The notes: generated by a model from the sequence alone, not told the origin. A stretch of 64,000 bases of DNA from Gammaproteobacteria bacterium (GCA_013003425.1 JABDJB010000029.1:20387-84386), one strand, 5' to 3'. Positions 27,492 to 37,525 are shown, counted from the first letter of the stretch. Program-made: numbers and translations.

Positions 27492-28580
27492 GTGTACCGT
27501 TACCTGACACTTGTAGTCTGGGTGTTGCTGCTGGCCGCGCCGGCTGCCGCGCGCATTGATCCGCCTGAGCTGCCCGGACCCTGGGCAGTCGGCCGCGTAA
27601 CCGAAACCGTCGTCGACAAGATGCGTAATCGCGAGTTGACCGTTGATGTCTGGTACCCGGTGGACGCTGCTGACGCCACCGGCACGCTGTCGGAATACAA
27701 CCTGGTTTTCGCTTCGCTGGCGTCGAACATCGCAATTGATTCTCCGCCCGTGTCGGTTGCCGGCACCCGGCCACTGGTGATTTTTTCGCACGGCTCGTTT
27801 GGCATTCGCTACCAGTCATTCTTTTTGATGGAGCACCTGGCAAGCCATGGCTTTATCGTGGTTTCACCCGATCATGCCGGCAATACCGCGGCCGACCTGG
27901 TTTTCGGCACCGAGGCGCCGTTCGAACAGATTGTTGTCGACAGGCCGCTCGATGTCATTTTCCTGATTGACTGGATGCTGACGCGCAACGCCTCGCCGGC
28001 TGATCGTTTTGACGGGCGCCTGGACCCGCAGCAGATCGCGGTTATGGGCCATTCTTTTGGCGGTTATACTGCCATTGCGGCCGCCGCAGGCACTGCAGTG
28101 ACGCCCGCCGATCCTCGCGTGCGCGTCATCGCGCCGATCGCACCGGCTTCCGGCCTGTTGTCGGACGATGAGCTCGCCGGTATCTCGATACCCGCTCTGA
28201 TCCTGGGCGGGACGGCCGATATCACGACGCCGGTCGAACCGCAGAGCGCGCGACCCTTCGAGCTGTTTGAAGGGCTGCGCTACCGCGTGGATATCGTTGA
28301 CGGCGGACACCAGTCGTTCACCAACATCTGTGTTTTTGCTGAAGTGCTGGTTGGCGCGGGCGTGCCGCCGTCGTTGATTGACTTTTTACTGGGTAATTCC
28401 GCGGAAGGCTGTGCGCCTGAACTGATCCCGATTGCTCAGGCGCATGCGCTGACCAATCTGTACGCCACGGCTTTTCTAAAGCGCGAGTTGCTGCGTGACG
28501 GCCGTTACCAACGCTACCTGAACCGTGGTTATGCGCAGAGCAACAGGCTGCCGGTATTATTCCGGCGGAAGAAGAACTGA
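27492..28580 (+). CDS. Secreted alpha/beta hydrolase (PAF-acetylhydrolase/lipase-like)
   Basis: GTG start, signal peptide, nucleophile elbow 'MGHSFGGYTA' and a late 'GGHQSF' His motif. Confidence 0.75.
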   Translation: MYRYLTLVVWVLLLAAPAAARIDPPELPGPWAVGRVTETVVDKMRNRELTVDVWYPVDAADATGTLSEYNLVFASLASNIAIDSPPVSVAGTRPLVIFSHGSFGIRYQSFFLMEHLASHGFIVVSPDHAGNTAADLVFGTEAPFEQIVVDRPLDVIFLIDWMLTRNASPADRFDGRLDPQQIAVMGHSFGGYTAIAAAAGTAVTPADPRVRVIAPIAPASGLLSDDELAGISIPALILGGTADITTPVEPQSARPFELFEGLRYRVDIVDGGHQSFTNICVFAEVLVGAGVPPSLIDFLLGNSAEGCAPELIPIAQAHALTNLYATAFLKRELLRDGRYQRYLNRGYAQSNRLPVLFRRKKN

Positions 28581-28606
28581 CGTTCGCGGCAAAATGCATC
28601 AAGGAA

Positions 28607-28872
28607 CAATCGTTGAAGCGGCCTGGCCGGTTCGACTCTTTTCACCGCCAACCCACCATCAACTGCGACGCTGACCGCGTTGACGAAAGATGATTGCACT
28701 CCATTCGCGGCTAAAGCCGCTCCTACGGGAACCCATCGCGAGTAGTCGCGGCTGGAAGCCGCTCCCACAGAGCCGCTCCTACACAGGTCGCAAGTAGTCG
28801 CGGCTGGAAGCCGCTCCCACAAAGCCGCTCCCACACAGGTCGCAAGTAGTCGCGGCTGGAAGCCGCTCCCAC
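28607..28872. repeat. Composite repeat: head motif + four REP units with half-units
   Basis: Head at 28607..28661. REP units at 28703..28726, 28745..28768, 28797..28820 and 28849..28872 (gtcgcggctggaagccgctcccac). The array ends exactly at the stop codon of the downstream minus-strand gene. Confidence 0.9.
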
Positions 28873-29460
28873 TTAGCGGCGACGCATCCAGCCAAGCAGG
28901 CCGAGGGCCGATGCAAACAGCCAGGCTGCCGCAGGAATCGGCACTACCGAAAACGCTCTCACGTTCGACAAGTCCGAAATATTGCCGCCTTCGTTGAGGA
29001 AATCGGCGAGGGTGTAGGGACGCGCATCCGGATTACAGATACCGGCCGGGCAGATAACCGACGAATAATCCGGTGTCCACATCGTGATGTCGCTGGACCA
29101 GTCACCGCTCGTCCCGGTTACTCTGCCGAGAATGAAATAGCCATTGGCTTTGAAGGCCAGGTGCGTTATCGAACTATCGGAGATCGACCACGTTCCGGAA
29201 TTCGTATTGTAGTCATTATCGGCCGAGCCATCCATGCCGTTTATGGTGTAGCCGCTCGTCACCTGGACCACCGAGTCGAGACCTACGCCCAGGATCAAAG
29301 CGACGTTGGCAACGGTCGCGTTGCCGGCGCTAAAACATTCGGCGTCTTCTTCGCCGGTCGGGCAGCCACCGACAAAAGTGAGGTTGGTCACGGCGGCCGA
29401 TACCGGGCCACTTATCAATGCAGCTGCGATAGCTACGCCGGCTAAAGTCCTGAGGTTCAT
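28873..29460 (-). CDS. Secreted protein with VPLPA-CTERM-like sorting signal
   Basis: Signal peptide 'AIAAALISGPVSA'. C-terminus 'VVPIPAAAWLFASALGLLGWMRRR'. Confidence 0.75.
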   Translation of the reverse strand: MNLRTLAGVAIAAALISGPVSAAVTNLTFVGGCPTGEEDAECFSAGNATVANVALILGVGLDSVVQVTSGYTINGMDGSADNDYNTNSGTWSISDSSITHLAFKANGYFILGRVTGTSGDWSSDITMWTPDYSSVICPAGICNPDARPYTLADFLNEGGNISDLSNVRAFSVVPIPAAAWLFASALGLLGWMRRR

Positions 29461-29623
29461 GTCTGGGTACTCTCTGTCTGTTCATTATTTGGCGCGCAGG
29501 TCACTTTTGCGACTGATCGCCTTATGTCGGATCAGTATCCCTTAAATGGCTGTGTCACGAAATGGGACGTACTGTCCCATATGTAGCAACTAATTGATAT
29601 TTCTGCGACTTGCCGGGCTCTCC

Positions 29624-30370
29624 TTACCGGTGACGCAGCAGCCGGCGGCGCGCCGGCAGCCCGAACAGCTCGATAAAACGGCCGAATATGGCCTGCCCCA
29701 GCTCGTGAGAGTCGGCGATATGCTGCACTGTCGCGCGGCGGATTTCGTCGGGGTCAATCAGCCCGCGCAGGTCTGCGAGCTCTTCCCGATGCACCGGCAC
29801 CTCGAGCCAGCGCTCAATGAGCGGCTGGTCAACTTCCAGATGAAACTGGAAGCCATAGGTTCTGTCGCCCAGGCGAAACGCCTGGTTGGCGCACAGCGGT
29901 GATGATGCGAGGTGTACCGCATCGGCAGGCAACTCCGCCGTATCCGCATGCCACTGGAAAATCTGTCGTTCCATGGTCAACGGCGCCAGGACCGGGTCCG
30001 CCGCAGCCTCGGCGGTGGGCGCGACTTCATACCAGCCTATTTCGGGCGCGGGCGCGGGAGTGACTGTCGCACCGCTGGCGCGAGCAATCAGCTGGGCACC
30101 GAGGCAGATGCCGAGCACCGGTATGCCGCAGTCCATTGCCCGGCGTATGGCCCTTATCTCAAATTCCAGGTGGGGAAACTGCTCGTGCTGGTCAACGTTC
30201 ATTGGCCCGCCGAGCACAATGAGGCCGTTGTATTTTTCTACGTCCGGCTGTGCATGGGGCGTGCGCGCGAAATTGACGTAGCGAATACGAAAACCACGGT
30301 CCTTCAGCATCGGGTGAAAGATGCCGAGGATCTCGAACGGTACGTGCTGGAATACCAGGAGGCGACGCAT
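29624..30370 (-). CDS. Class I glutamine amidotransferase (GATase1) domain protein
   Basis: 'MRRLLVFQHVPFE...GLIVLGGPMNV...PVLGICLGAQLIA' contains the nucleophile Cys motif. The start at 30370 is preferred to the Arg-rich extension of the longest ORF. Confidence 0.8.
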   Translation of the reverse strand: MRRLLVFQHVPFEILGIFHPMLKDRGFRIRYVNFARTPHAQPDVEKYNGLIVLGGPMNVDQHEQFPHLEFEIRAIRRAMDCGIPVLGICLGAQLIARASGATVTPAPAPEIGWYEVAPTAEAAADPVLAPLTMERQIFQWHADTAELPADAVHLASSPLCANQAFRLGDRTYGFQFHLEVDQPLIERWLEVPVHREELADLRGLIDPDEIRRATVQHIADSHELGQAIFGRFIELFGLPARRRLLRHR

Positions 30371-30576
30371 AGGCTCACGATAGCGCCGCCGGCTGCGACG
30401 CTCAAACCCTGCCGGCTGCCTTCTGCGCTGGCGATCCGCTGCTGGCATGCTCGAATGCAGGGAAACCATCGCAGAGGCAAGTATTTGCAGCCTTGTGTCG
30501 GCGCTTTCGTCCGCTGCCGCCGAAGCGGGCGGCAAAGTGGTTACACTATATCTCCGACGACTGGGAGCTCACGCCG

Positions 30577-32325
30577 ATGCTGCTGAATCCGCACCAACAC
30601 AACCGCCATTATCCCGACGAGATCTCGGCAGAGATCATGCGCAAGACCATCGAATTTTTCGAGAACAAGGGCCGGCGGCGCATCAAGGAAGACGACCACG
30701 AACGCGTGTGGTACGCCGATTTCATCGAGTTTGCCGGTCGTGAACAGCTGTTTGCAAAGCTGATGACACCAGGCCGTTACGCCAACGGCAGGGAAGGCGT
30801 TCGCTGGGACAGCTGGCGTAACTGTGAGTTTAACGAGATTCTCGGCTTTTATGGCCTGGCGTACTGGTACACCTGGCAGGTCAGCATGCTCGGGCTGGGA
30901 CCAATATGGATTTCAGATAACGAGGCGGTAAAGAAAAAGACCGTTCAGCTGTTGCGTGACGGCCACGTATTCGCATTCGGCCTGTCGGAGCAGGAGCACG
31001 GTGCCGATATTTATTCATCGGAGATGAAACTGGTCCCGCAGGACGACGGCAGCTACCTGGCGCGCGGCCGAAAATACTACATCGGCAATGCCAACGCGGC
31101 CGGCCTGGTGTCAACATTCGGCAAGATCGACGGCACCGACGATTACGTTTTCTTTGTCGTCGACCCGCGCCATGAAAAATACGAATGCGTGCAAAACGTG
31201 TGCAATTCGCAGAACTACGTGGCGGAGTTCGCGCTGCATAACTACCCCATCACCGAGGCAGACATCCTGTCGCGTGGCCAGGAAGCCTGGGATGCGTCGC
31301 TCAATACAATCAATTTCTGCAAGTACAACCTCGGCTGGGCGTCGATCGGCATCAGCACCCATGCATTTTACGAAGCCATCGACCACGCGGCTGGCCGCCA
31401 TCTGTTCAACAGCCAGGTCACTGACTTCCCGCACGTGCGTCAGCTGTTTGTCGATGGCTATGCGCGGCTGGTAGCAATGAAGCTGTTTGCGCTGCGTGCC
31501 TCGGACTACATGCGCGCAGCGTCGCCGGATGACCGCCGCTACCTGCTTTACAACCCGATGGTGAAAATGAAGGTGACAACGCAGGGCGAAGACGTAATAG
31601 ATCATCTGTGGGACGTCATCGCTGCCAAGGGTTTCGAAAGAAACATGTACTTCGAGATGGCAGCACGCGACATTCGCGCCCTGCCAAAACTGGAAGGCAC
31701 CGTGCATGTCAATATGGCGCTGATCATAAAGTTCATGGCCAACTACTTTTTCAAGCCGGGCGAGTTTCCCGAAGTGGGTCAGCGTGACGAGCCGGTGGAC
31801 GACGAGTTCCTGTTCAACCAGGGGCCAACGCGCGGACTAGGCAAGATTCGCTTTCATGACTACCGCAAGACTTACGCCAGCGTCAGTCTGCCGAATGTCG
31901 ATGTGTTCAAAAAGCAGATTCGCTACCTGAAAACCCTGCTGGCTGTGGCACGGCCGGACAAACAGCAGGCAAAGGACATCGACTTCCTGCTCAACCTGGG
32001 CGAGCTGTTCACCCTTGTTGTATATGGCCAGCTGATCATCGAGAACGCGGCGATATACGGCATTGATGACGAAGTGCTCGACCAGATCTTTGACGTGATG
32101 GTGCGCGACTTCTCCCGCTACGCGCTGCAGCTATACGGCAAACCGGAAACGACACGGCGGCAGCAAATGCTGCTGCGGCGAATGATCCGCCGCCCGGCCG
32201 TCGACCAGGCGCGTTTCAACCATGTCTGGGAAAAGCACGTATTCCCGCTGCATGGCACCTACCAGATGAATGAAGAGCCACGCGGTCCGGGCGAGGTACC
32301 GCTGGCCGCTACAGCCAAGGGCTGA
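30577..32325 (+). CDS. Acyl-CoA dehydrogenase family protein (long form)
   Basis: ~580 aa. 'FAFGLSEQEHGADIYSSEM', 'RKYYIGNANAA' and the C-terminal helical domain fit the ACAD fold. SD 'gggag' precedes ATG 30577. Confidence 0.7.
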   Translation: MLLNPHQHNRHYPDEISAEIMRKTIEFFENKGRRRIKEDDHERVWYADFIEFAGREQLFAKLMTPGRYANGREGVRWDSWRNCEFNEILGFYGLAYWYTWQVSMLGLGPIWISDNEAVKKKTVQLLRDGHVFAFGLSEQEHGADIYSSEMKLVPQDDGSYLARGRKYYIGNANAAGLVSTFGKIDGTDDYVFFVVDPRHEKYECVQNVCNSQNYVAEFALHNYPITEADILSRGQEAWDASLNTINFCKYNLGWASIGISTHAFYEAIDHAAGRHLFNSQVTDFPHVRQLFVDGYARLVAMKLFALRASDYMRAASPDDRRYLLYNPMVKMKVTTQGEDVIDHLWDVIAAKGFERNMYFEMAARDIRALPKLEGTVHVNMALIIKFMANYFFKPGEFPEVGQRDEPVDDEFLFNQGPTRGLGKIRFHDYRKTYASVSLPNVDVFKKQIRYLKTLLAVARPDKQQAKDIDFLLNLGELFTLVVYGQLIIENAAIYGIDDEVLDQIFDVMVRDFSRYALQLYGKPETTRRQQMLLRRMIRRPAVDQARFNHVWEKHVFPLHGTYQMNEEPRGPGEVPLAATAKG

Positions 32326-32332
32326 TATCGGA

Positions 32333-32368
32333 GGGACAGTGCATGTATATCGGTACATGTACTGTCCC
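32333..32368. repeat. Palindromic element (GGGACAGTACATGTA family), copy 2; probable bidirectional terminator here
   Basis: gggacagtgcatgta-tatcgg-tacatgtactgtccc, lying between convergent stop codons (32325 and 32375). Confidence 0.8.
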
Positions 32369-32374
32369 CGTTGC

Positions 32375-32767
32375 TTATCGCCTGTACTCCATGATCATGC
32401 CGTGGTTATCCATGGTAAAGGTGTCGCCGTCGACGCTGCCGTGGGTCACTCCGGCGCCTTCCCAGGTCATAGCTAGCCGGCCGTCTTCGACCACGTACTT
32501 CGCGTGTACTTCGCGCCGCATCGTGTCGCCACCCGGCGGAGCAAAATCTGTCACGCTCAGACAGGTGCCGTCGGCACTGATGATGAAGGTCCCGGACGAG
32601 ATAAACAGATCAACGCCGTCGTGCGTCACGTTGCCCGGAATGGGAGCACCGTCGACTGAAGTCAGGTAATAGATGCCCGTGACTGCGTCTGGCCTGACGC
32701 CTGCCTGGCAGGCGGCCAGCAGCAGCGCACAGGCAATAAGCAGGAAAACACAGCGTATGTACCTCAT
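32375..32767 (-). CDS. Lipoprotein of unknown function
   Basis: Lipobox 'ALLLAACQAG'. 130 aa with a beta-rich composition. Confidence 0.65.
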   Translation of the reverse strand: MRYIRCVFLLIACALLLAACQAGVRPDAVTGIYYLTSVDGAPIPGNVTHDGVDLFISSGTFIISADGTCLSVTDFAPPGGDTMRREVHAKYVVEDGRLAMTWEGAGVTHGSVDGDTFTMDNHGMIMEYRR

Positions 32768-32947
32768 GGCACTACCTCCTGTGTTGCTGTCCTGCCTTCA
32801 TGCTTCCACCAGCACACCACGGCGTTAATCAGGGCAACTACCTAGCGGGCAACCGCTTGATTGCGCGACGGGTTTTTGCCGCGACAGGCCCCGGAAAGTA
32901 CAGCTATGCTTCTGGTTCAGGCAAACGTCACAGGGGCGGGCAGAACG

Positions 32948-33640
32948 ATGGCAGAGTTGAAATACCCCAATGAGAGCGTGGAGTATCGCGCGGCTCGCGA
33001 CGCGCTGCTGGAAGCCGAGAAGTCGCTGGCGGCACAGGTCAAGGCCGTTGCGTCGCAGCGCCGTGAACTGCCGCGTGGCGGAAAGATCACGGAGGACTAT
33101 GTTTTTGTCAGCGCCAATGACCCCGCGCCGGGCAAGGACATACGGCTGTCCGAGCTGTTTGGTGACAAGAACACACTCCTTTTATACAGCTACATGTTTG
33201 GACCCAACTGGGACAAGCCATGCCTGTCATGCACATCTATTGTTGACGGCTTCGAGCGTGCCGCAATGTCGGTGACGCACGATGCAGCTTTTGCCGTGGT
33301 AACCGCGGCGACCCACGGCCAGCTGAATGACTGGGCGCGTTCGCGCGGCTGGCAGCACCTGACGCTGGTTTCAGCGGAAAAGACGCGCTACCTGCGCGAC
33401 TATCACTGCCAGACGCGCGATGACGACAAGTCGCTATGGCCGGTAATGCATGTGTTCACCAAACGCGACGACGGCATCTATCATTTCTGGGGCACCGAGA
33501 TGCAGGGCAACAGCATGGACATGGTGTGGGCGTACTGGAACCTGATGGATATGACGCCCGACGGCCGGCCGGACCGCATGACGCCGCCGCAGGACTTCCG
33601 CTCGAAATACCTTGAAGAGCATTACCTGCCAAAAGACTGA
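32948..33640 (+). CDS. DUF899 thioredoxin-fold protein
   Basis: 'KYPNESVEYRAARDALLEAEKSLAAQVKAVASQRRELP' and 'YSYMFGPNWDKPCLSCTS' are characteristic of DUF899. Confidence 0.8.
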   Translation: MAELKYPNESVEYRAARDALLEAEKSLAAQVKAVASQRRELPRGGKITEDYVFVSANDPAPGKDIRLSELFGDKNTLLLYSYMFGPNWDKPCLSCTSIVDGFERAAMSVTHDAAFAVVTAATHGQLNDWARSRGWQHLTLVSAEKTRYLRDYHCQTRDDDKSLWPVMHVFTKRDDGIYHFWGTEMQGNSMDMVWAYWNLMDMTPDGRPDRMTPPQDFRSKYLEEHYLPKD

Positions 33641-33666
33641 CAGGAAAAGCAGCAGCGGCCCTGCGC

Positions 33667-34767
33667 TTATTCAACGAGGCGAAAGGCAAGAACCTGGGTG
33701 AGCTGGAGCTGGTTGAAGTTGTTGTCCGACACCAGGATCAGCGTGCGCGAGCCGTCCGGCAGTGGCGCACCGAGCGACATACCCTCGATGTTGTCGAGCC
33801 TGACGCCGAGCTCGTCGAGGTCCAGTAGCAGCTGTTTTGGCATCGTCCTGATGTCGTGACCGGCGATCGACTTCAGCCCGGCAACATCGACAGCCGAATC
33901 TGTATCGGTAAGAAACAACCGGATCCTGTTGCCGCGGCTGCGTGAAAAAGAGCGCTCCAGCGCGATTAATTGGCGGTCGTCGATTGCCAGCAGCTCCACC
34001 AGCCCGTTGGTGGCAAAACCATTGGCCGGCCGCGGCGCTTCGGCGACCGGATCGGTGACATAAATATATTCTGCCTGGCGCCTGCCGCTGGCGTTGTCCA
34101 GGACCAACAGCCGTACCGGACTGCCATTTTCCAGTGTTGCAGCGGGCCCATCCTGTTTAAGAGCATTCTCAGTCGCGGCCAGCATCCGCTTGCCGCCCAG
34201 ACTCAGCGCAAGGCTTTCAAAGGCCTTGTTTTCGCGCGTACCGGTTCTTGCGCCGGGCGTGTAGTACGGCGGCGGCAGGTGCTCGGCGATAAACTCGCCA
34301 GTGCGGCGCATCTGCCGCACAAACGGTGCGCTGCGGCCATCGCCCTCGCTGACCCAGAGCAGCGAACCGTCCGGGGCGACGCGCACAGCCTCCGGATCAA
34401 CAGCACCCACTGCGAATGACTGCCCGTCCCGGTCCTGGATTGACGTTACGCCGCTGAATACGACATCGCCCTCTTCCAGGCTGCCATCGGCCAGGTCGAT
34501 GGTGACTTCATAGAAACGCACCGGACCACGTGCTGCGCGGTCGTCGCTGATAACAACATAGCTGTTGCTTGCCGGATCGTAGTCAATTCCGGACAGCCCG
34601 CCGACGGCTGTGCCCTTGTATTCGTAGCCGGTCGGGAACGTCGCCTGCCCGAGATATTCGAGCCTGATCCCGTTGCCCTGATCAGTCACCGGATGCGCGC
34701 AACCGGTACAGACAAGCAGCAAAACAAGCCAGCAGCCCGGTCGCGACGACATCGGTTGATTATCCAT
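33667..34767 (-). CDS. Lipoprotein, phytase-like esterase domain (PF13449-like)
   Basis: Lipobox 'LLLVCTGCAH'. 'LSGIDYDPASNSYVVISDDR' and 'NIEGMSL...LILVSDNNF' match the esterase-like activity of phytase family. Confidence 0.7.
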   Translation of the reverse strand: MDNQPMSSRPGCWLVLLLVCTGCAHPVTDQGNGIRLEYLGQATFPTGYEYKGTAVGGLSGIDYDPASNSYVVISDDRAARGPVRFYEVTIDLADGSLEEGDVVFSGVTSIQDRDGQSFAVGAVDPEAVRVAPDGSLLWVSEGDGRSAPFVRQMRRTGEFIAEHLPPPYYTPGARTGTRENKAFESLALSLGGKRMLAATENALKQDGPAATLENGSPVRLLVLDNASGRRQAEYIYVTDPVAEAPRPANGFATNGLVELLAIDDRQLIALERSFSRSRGNRIRLFLTDTDSAVDVAGLKSIAGHDIRTMPKQLLLDLDELGVRLDNIEGMSLGAPLPDGSRTLILVSDNNFNQLQLTQVLAFRLVE

Positions 34768-35078
34768 TGCGCTGTTCCCCGTCAGCCGGTATTGCCAGCA
34801 CAGTCTACTTTGTTGTGCCGGCCCGCTGGCCGCTCTCTCAAGCCCGCCAGCCTGCAACAACGGCCATGCCCGGGGACCAGCAAAAATATAGGTAAATAAG
34901 GGGTTTATTTGCCCCTGCTTCTGTTATAGTCCGCCGCGTCCTGGCGCACTTCGGTCTGCGCCATTACTCAGGCGCCGCAATTCTGTGCTGCCCGAGCCAT
35001 TTAAGAATACCCAGCCTGGACCGAGCCCCCGGCGCGCAAGCGCGGTGCGGATCAGGCGATCCCGGAGTCCAACTCAAA

Positions 35079-36368
35079 ATGTTATTTAATGAACTCGGCC
35101 TGTCGGCCGAACTTCTGCGTGCGGTCGAAAAACAGGGTTACCTCGAGGCAACCCCCATCCAGCAGCAGGCAATCCCGCCGATCCTTGCGGGCAAAGATGT
35201 ACTCGCTGCCGCGCAGACCGGCACCGGCAAGACAGCCGGCTTTACGCTGCCGCTATTGCAGCGTTTACAGTCAGGGAAACCCGGCGGCCGCGGTGCGCCG
35301 GTACGCGCCCTGATCCTGGTGCCGACGCGCGAGCTGGCTGCGCAGGTTAATGAGAGCGTACGCACTTATGGTGCCCACCTGCCATTCAAGACCGCGGTGA
35401 TTTTTGGCGGGGTGAGCATCAACCCGCAGATTTCCAGGCTGCGCAAAGGCGCCGATATAGTCGTCGCAACGCCCGGCCGGCTGCTGGATCATGCGCAACA
35501 GAACACTATCGACCTGAGCCGCGTTGAAACGCTGGTTCTTGACGAAGCCGATCGCATGCTCGATATGGGTTTTATTCGTGATATCCGCAAGGTGCTGAAG
35601 CTGCTGCCGCAACGACGCCAGAACCTGCTGTTCTCAGCGACCTTCTCGAAGGAAATCCGCAGCCTTGCAGCCAACCTGCTCGACTCGCCGACCGAAATCC
35701 AGGTGGCATCTGAAAACTCAACCGCCGATCGCGTCAAACAGGTCGTGCACCCGGTGGACAAGAGCCGCAAGCGCGAGCTGTTGTCACAACAGATTGGCGC
35801 CGGGAACTGGCGCCAGGTGCTGGTATTTACCCGCACAAAGCACGGCGCCAACCGCCTGGCAAAGCAACTTACAAGTGACGGGCTGACAGCTGCGGCCATT
35901 CATGGCAACAAGTCGCAGGGCGCACGCACGCGGGCACTGGCGGATTTCAAATCCGGAACAATCCGGGTGCTGGTTGCCACCGATGTCGCCTCTCGTGGAC
36001 TGGACATCGACCGCTTGCCGCATGTTGTTAACTTCGAATTGCCCAACGTGCCGGAGGACTATGTGCACCGCATTGGCCGCACCGCTCGTGCCGGCCAGGA
36101 CGGCGAAGCCATATCGCTGGTCTGTGTTGACGAACTGAAACTGCTGAGCGATATCGAGAGGCTGCTGAAAACGAAAATCGAGCAGCGCCTGATTCCCGGC
36201 TATGAACCCGACCCGCGAATCAAGGCCGAACCGATAAAAAATGGCGGCCGGAATAAACCAGCCAGGCATCGCGCCGGTCCACGCAACAACAGGAACAACG
36301 GCCCGAAAGGAAATCGCAGCGGGGCAGCACCGCGACGCTCCTCGCGCGCCCGGCGTCGCGCCGGCTAG
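35079..36368 (+). CDS. rhlE: ATP-dependent DEAD-box RNA helicase RhlE
   Basis: Q-motif, 'AQTGTGKT', 'DEAD', 'SAT' and '[10 protein letters not shown]' motifs, plus a basic Arg/Asn-rich C-terminal tail. Confidence 0.92.
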   Translation: MLFNELGLSAELLRAVEKQGYLEATPIQQQAIPPILAGKDVLAAAQTGTGKTAGFTLPLLQRLQSGKPGGRGAPVRALILVPTRELAAQVNESVRTYGAHLPFKTAVIFGGVSINPQISRLRKGADIVVATPGRLLDHAQQNTIDLSRVETLVLDEADRMLDMGFIRDIRKVLKLLPQRRQNLLFSATFSKEIRSLAANLLDSPTEIQVASENSTADRVKQVVHPVDKSRKRELLSQQIGAGNWRQVLVFTRTKHGANRLAKQLTSDGLTAAAIHGNKSQGARTRALADFKSGTIRVLVATDVASRGLDIDRLPHVVNFELPNVPEDYVHRIGRTARAGQDGEAISLVCVDELKLLSDIERLLKTKIEQRLIPGYEPDPRIKAEPIKNGGRNKPARHRAGPRNNRNNGPKGNRSGAAPRRSSRARRRAG

Positions 36369-36475
36369 ATAAAAGGGCTCTTTTTGCCAGCCGCACCGGC
36401 GTCGCTGTCACTTGATGACGGTCGGCCTAGTTTTATCGCTACAATTGCGCCCGGGGAACACAGCGGAGACTGACA

Positions 36476-36865
36476 ATGACACCGGAGCTTAAATACCTGG
36501 CGCTGGCGGCCGCATGGAACGCCGTTATCTGGCTGCCGTACATACTCAATATGATCTCGGTGCGCGGCCTGAAAGACGCGGTCAGCTACCCGGAGAACCC
36601 GCCACCGCTGGCGGGCTGGGCACAGCGGCTCAAGGCGGCCCACTATAACTCGGTGGAAAACCTGGTGGTGTTCGCCTCGGCGATACTGGTGGCACACCTG
36701 GCCGGGGCAAACAACGAAGCAACGGCTATGTGCGCCATGGTGTACTTCTACGCCCGCATCCTGCACACGGTGGTTTACGCGCTGGCCGTGCCGTGGCTGC
36801 GGACGTTGTTGTTTGCTGTCGCCTGGCTTGCAACGCTGTGCATCCTGGCGCAGATACTGCTGTAA
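36476..36865 (+). CDS. MAPEG-family membrane protein
   Basis: 129 aa, 4 TM. 'RLKAAHYNSVENLVVFA' is a MAPEG signature. Confidence 0.8.
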   Translation: MTPELKYLALAAAWNAVIWLPYILNMISVRGLKDAVSYPENPPPLAGWAQRLKAAHYNSVENLVVFASAILVAHLAGANNEATAMCAMVYFYARILHTVVYALAVPWLRTLLFAVAWLATLCILAQILL

Positions 36866-37014
36866 ATTCGTCAGGCAGAAGCCTGCAACAGTCTCTTCGT
36901 TTACTTCACACACATACCTGTGTGTTAAGTGTTGTTACGCTTTACAAATCGAGACAGCGGGGGCCGCTGGCACGCGACACAATGGCGCCTGACTTGTTCC
37001 GGAGACACCTTGTG

Positions 37015-37509
37015 ATGAACAAACACTTTGGTCGCGCAGGCGGCAAATCGTTGATTGCCGCATTAACAGTTTTTGCTTGCGGGCTGTTGGCGTCTCAGGC
37101 CACCTTTGCCGCGGACTGCAAAGGCAAGAGCCAATCGGCCTGCACAACTGACACTTCATGCTCGTGGGTCGGCAGCTACACGACCAAAAAGGGCACAAAG
37201 GTCAGCGCCTTCTGTCGCGCCAAGCCTGGCAAAGGCAAGAGCAAGGCTGCGAAGAAGAAAGCATCATCGACTGACAGCAAGTCGAAAACGGCAGCATCGA
37301 CGTCGAAGAAGAGCACAGCTGTTAAATCGAAGGACACCGGCGGCACGAAGAAATCGAGCTCGAAGAAAAGCGCGAGTACCAAATCTAATAAAGCCGACAG
37401 CAAGAAGAAATCGGGCTCGAAAAAGAGCTCCAGCAGCAAGTCAAAGAGCAGCAGCAAAAAATCTTCCGGCAGCTCAAAGAGCAAAACCGGCAAAAAGAAA
37501 GACAGCTGA
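37015..37509 (+). CDS. Secreted Lys/Ser-rich low-complexity protein with a small 4-Cys N-terminal module
   Basis: Signal peptide 'SLIAALTVFACGLLASQATFA'. 'DCKGKSQSACTTDTSCSWVGSYTTKKGTKVSAFC' is followed by ~110 aa of K/S repeats. ATG 37015 is chosen because the longest ORF (36730) overlaps the MAPEG gene. Confidence 0.7.
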   Translation: MNKHFGRAGGKSLIAALTVFACGLLASQATFAADCKGKSQSACTTDTSCSWVGSYTTKKGTKVSAFCRAKPGKGKSKAAKKKASSTDSKSKTAASTSKKSTAVKSKDTGGTKKSSSKKSASTKSNKADSKKKSGSKKSSSSKSKSSSKKSSGSSKSKTGKKKDS

Positions 37510-37525
37510 ATACGGCTTTGAAACA

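Noticed and set aside
28621-28665. The head motif contains 'ggttcgactc' and ends in 'accatca', reminiscent of a tRNA T-arm and CCA end (a tRNA-derived element or att site?)
   Set aside because: There is no complementary T-stem or acceptor stem around the TTCGA-like loop in any of the three copies, and no integrase is nearby. The resemblance is probably superficial.
36365-36913. 182-aa minus-strand ORF
   Set aside because: It is antisense to the MAPEG gene and has no supporting features.
36730-37014. N-terminal 95-codon extension of the Lys/Ser-rich ORF
   Set aside because: It overlaps the 3' half of the MAPEG gene in another frame. The signal peptide begins at the internal Met (37015), so the extension is unlikely to be translated.
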